Below, piece by piece: positions 63,431 to 64,000 of a stretch of DNA of 64,000 bases; the first letter of the stretch is position 1; the number at the start of each line of letters is the position of its first letter. The stretch is from Mytilus californianus (Eukaryota). Both the position numbers and the translations under genes were made by a program. The notes below the pieces were generated by a model. That model worked only from the letters and a program-made list of their open reading frames with translations. It ran no database searches and was not told the origin of the DNA. The stretch spans positions 46,996,001 to 47,060,000 of the forward strand of contig NW_026262690.1 in the NCBI RefSeq assembly GCF_021869535.1, read 5' to 3'.

Positions 63431-64000
63431 CTTTCAATTCTAATAGGTTTAAAATAAATGTGTATTGAAATTAATAATGCATTTTGTTGAATTTCAAAAC
63501 AAAATGATCAACGTGCTACTTAAATTTGATAGATGACTTGTTCAGTATACTACGGAAGCCGGTTTGTGTCGGGGTGTAGGTTTATTTTTAAGTCGTTAAA
63601 ACGAGTTAGCTGACTAAAAATTGGTAAAATGCAAATTATGTGATTGGAATTAATGTATACTGGGTGGTACGAGTAACATGCTTAATCTTTTTATAAATTG
63701 AAACACTCCACGGAATTTTTCTGTGAGACACCAGCGAAAATGAAACAGTCACCGGTTTCTCACTTTGTCAATTCGCCAAGATCAAGAAGATTTTCATTTT
63801 TTCAATCTGAATTAATTTATTGCAAACGCCATAGTAGATATGGTAGTGTTGGATCATTAAAAGCAAAACCCCACCAGGATTGCTCAAAGCCAAGCCTTAT
63901 AATGATCAATGATAAACTTCAATTCGTCGTATCAAAATCTGTGCATTTGTAGAGTACTGTAGATAAGGCCATGTAAAAATCAACTTTACTATCGGTACAG

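Noticed and set aside
63698-63952. 84-aa ORF after the possible hAT end, considered as a BED finger
   Set aside because: Lacks the aromatic and CxxC...H pattern.

Overview
AT-rich eukaryotic genomic DNA. The repeat families look like those of a mytilid mussel, which is my inference from recognising them, not a database result. The only host gene I can support is a minus-strand class A peptide GPCR of the QRFP/orexin/CCK-receptor-like group. Two of its exons are present: 15454-15844 (end of TM3 to ICL3) and 11862-12572 (TM6 to stop), with clean GT-AG junctions and matching phases. I could not find the TM1-TM3 exon(s), so most of the window is probably intron. Everything else is mobile or repetitive DNA: a broken IS3EU-like integrase-core transposase; several Penelope-like (probably Naiad-clade) RT fragments, one split by a TA-flanked TIR element; a 5'-truncated RTE-X-like LINE; a MESC-type SINE; Helentron-associated (HINE/pearl-like) elements, one with a 134-bp array; foldback MITEs; and a 6.9-kb, 54-bp minisatellite with higher-order structure. 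The most interesting signals are RNA-level. There are two intact type I hammerhead ribozymes (40329-40370 minus, 62365-62404 plus) and one degenerate copy. A composite Penelope-like locus at 39-41.7 kb joins a GIY-YIG endonuclease tail, a tandem tRNA-like Pol III unit and hammerhead-bearing repeats. All coordinates and alignments were read by eye, so repeat boundaries are approximate.
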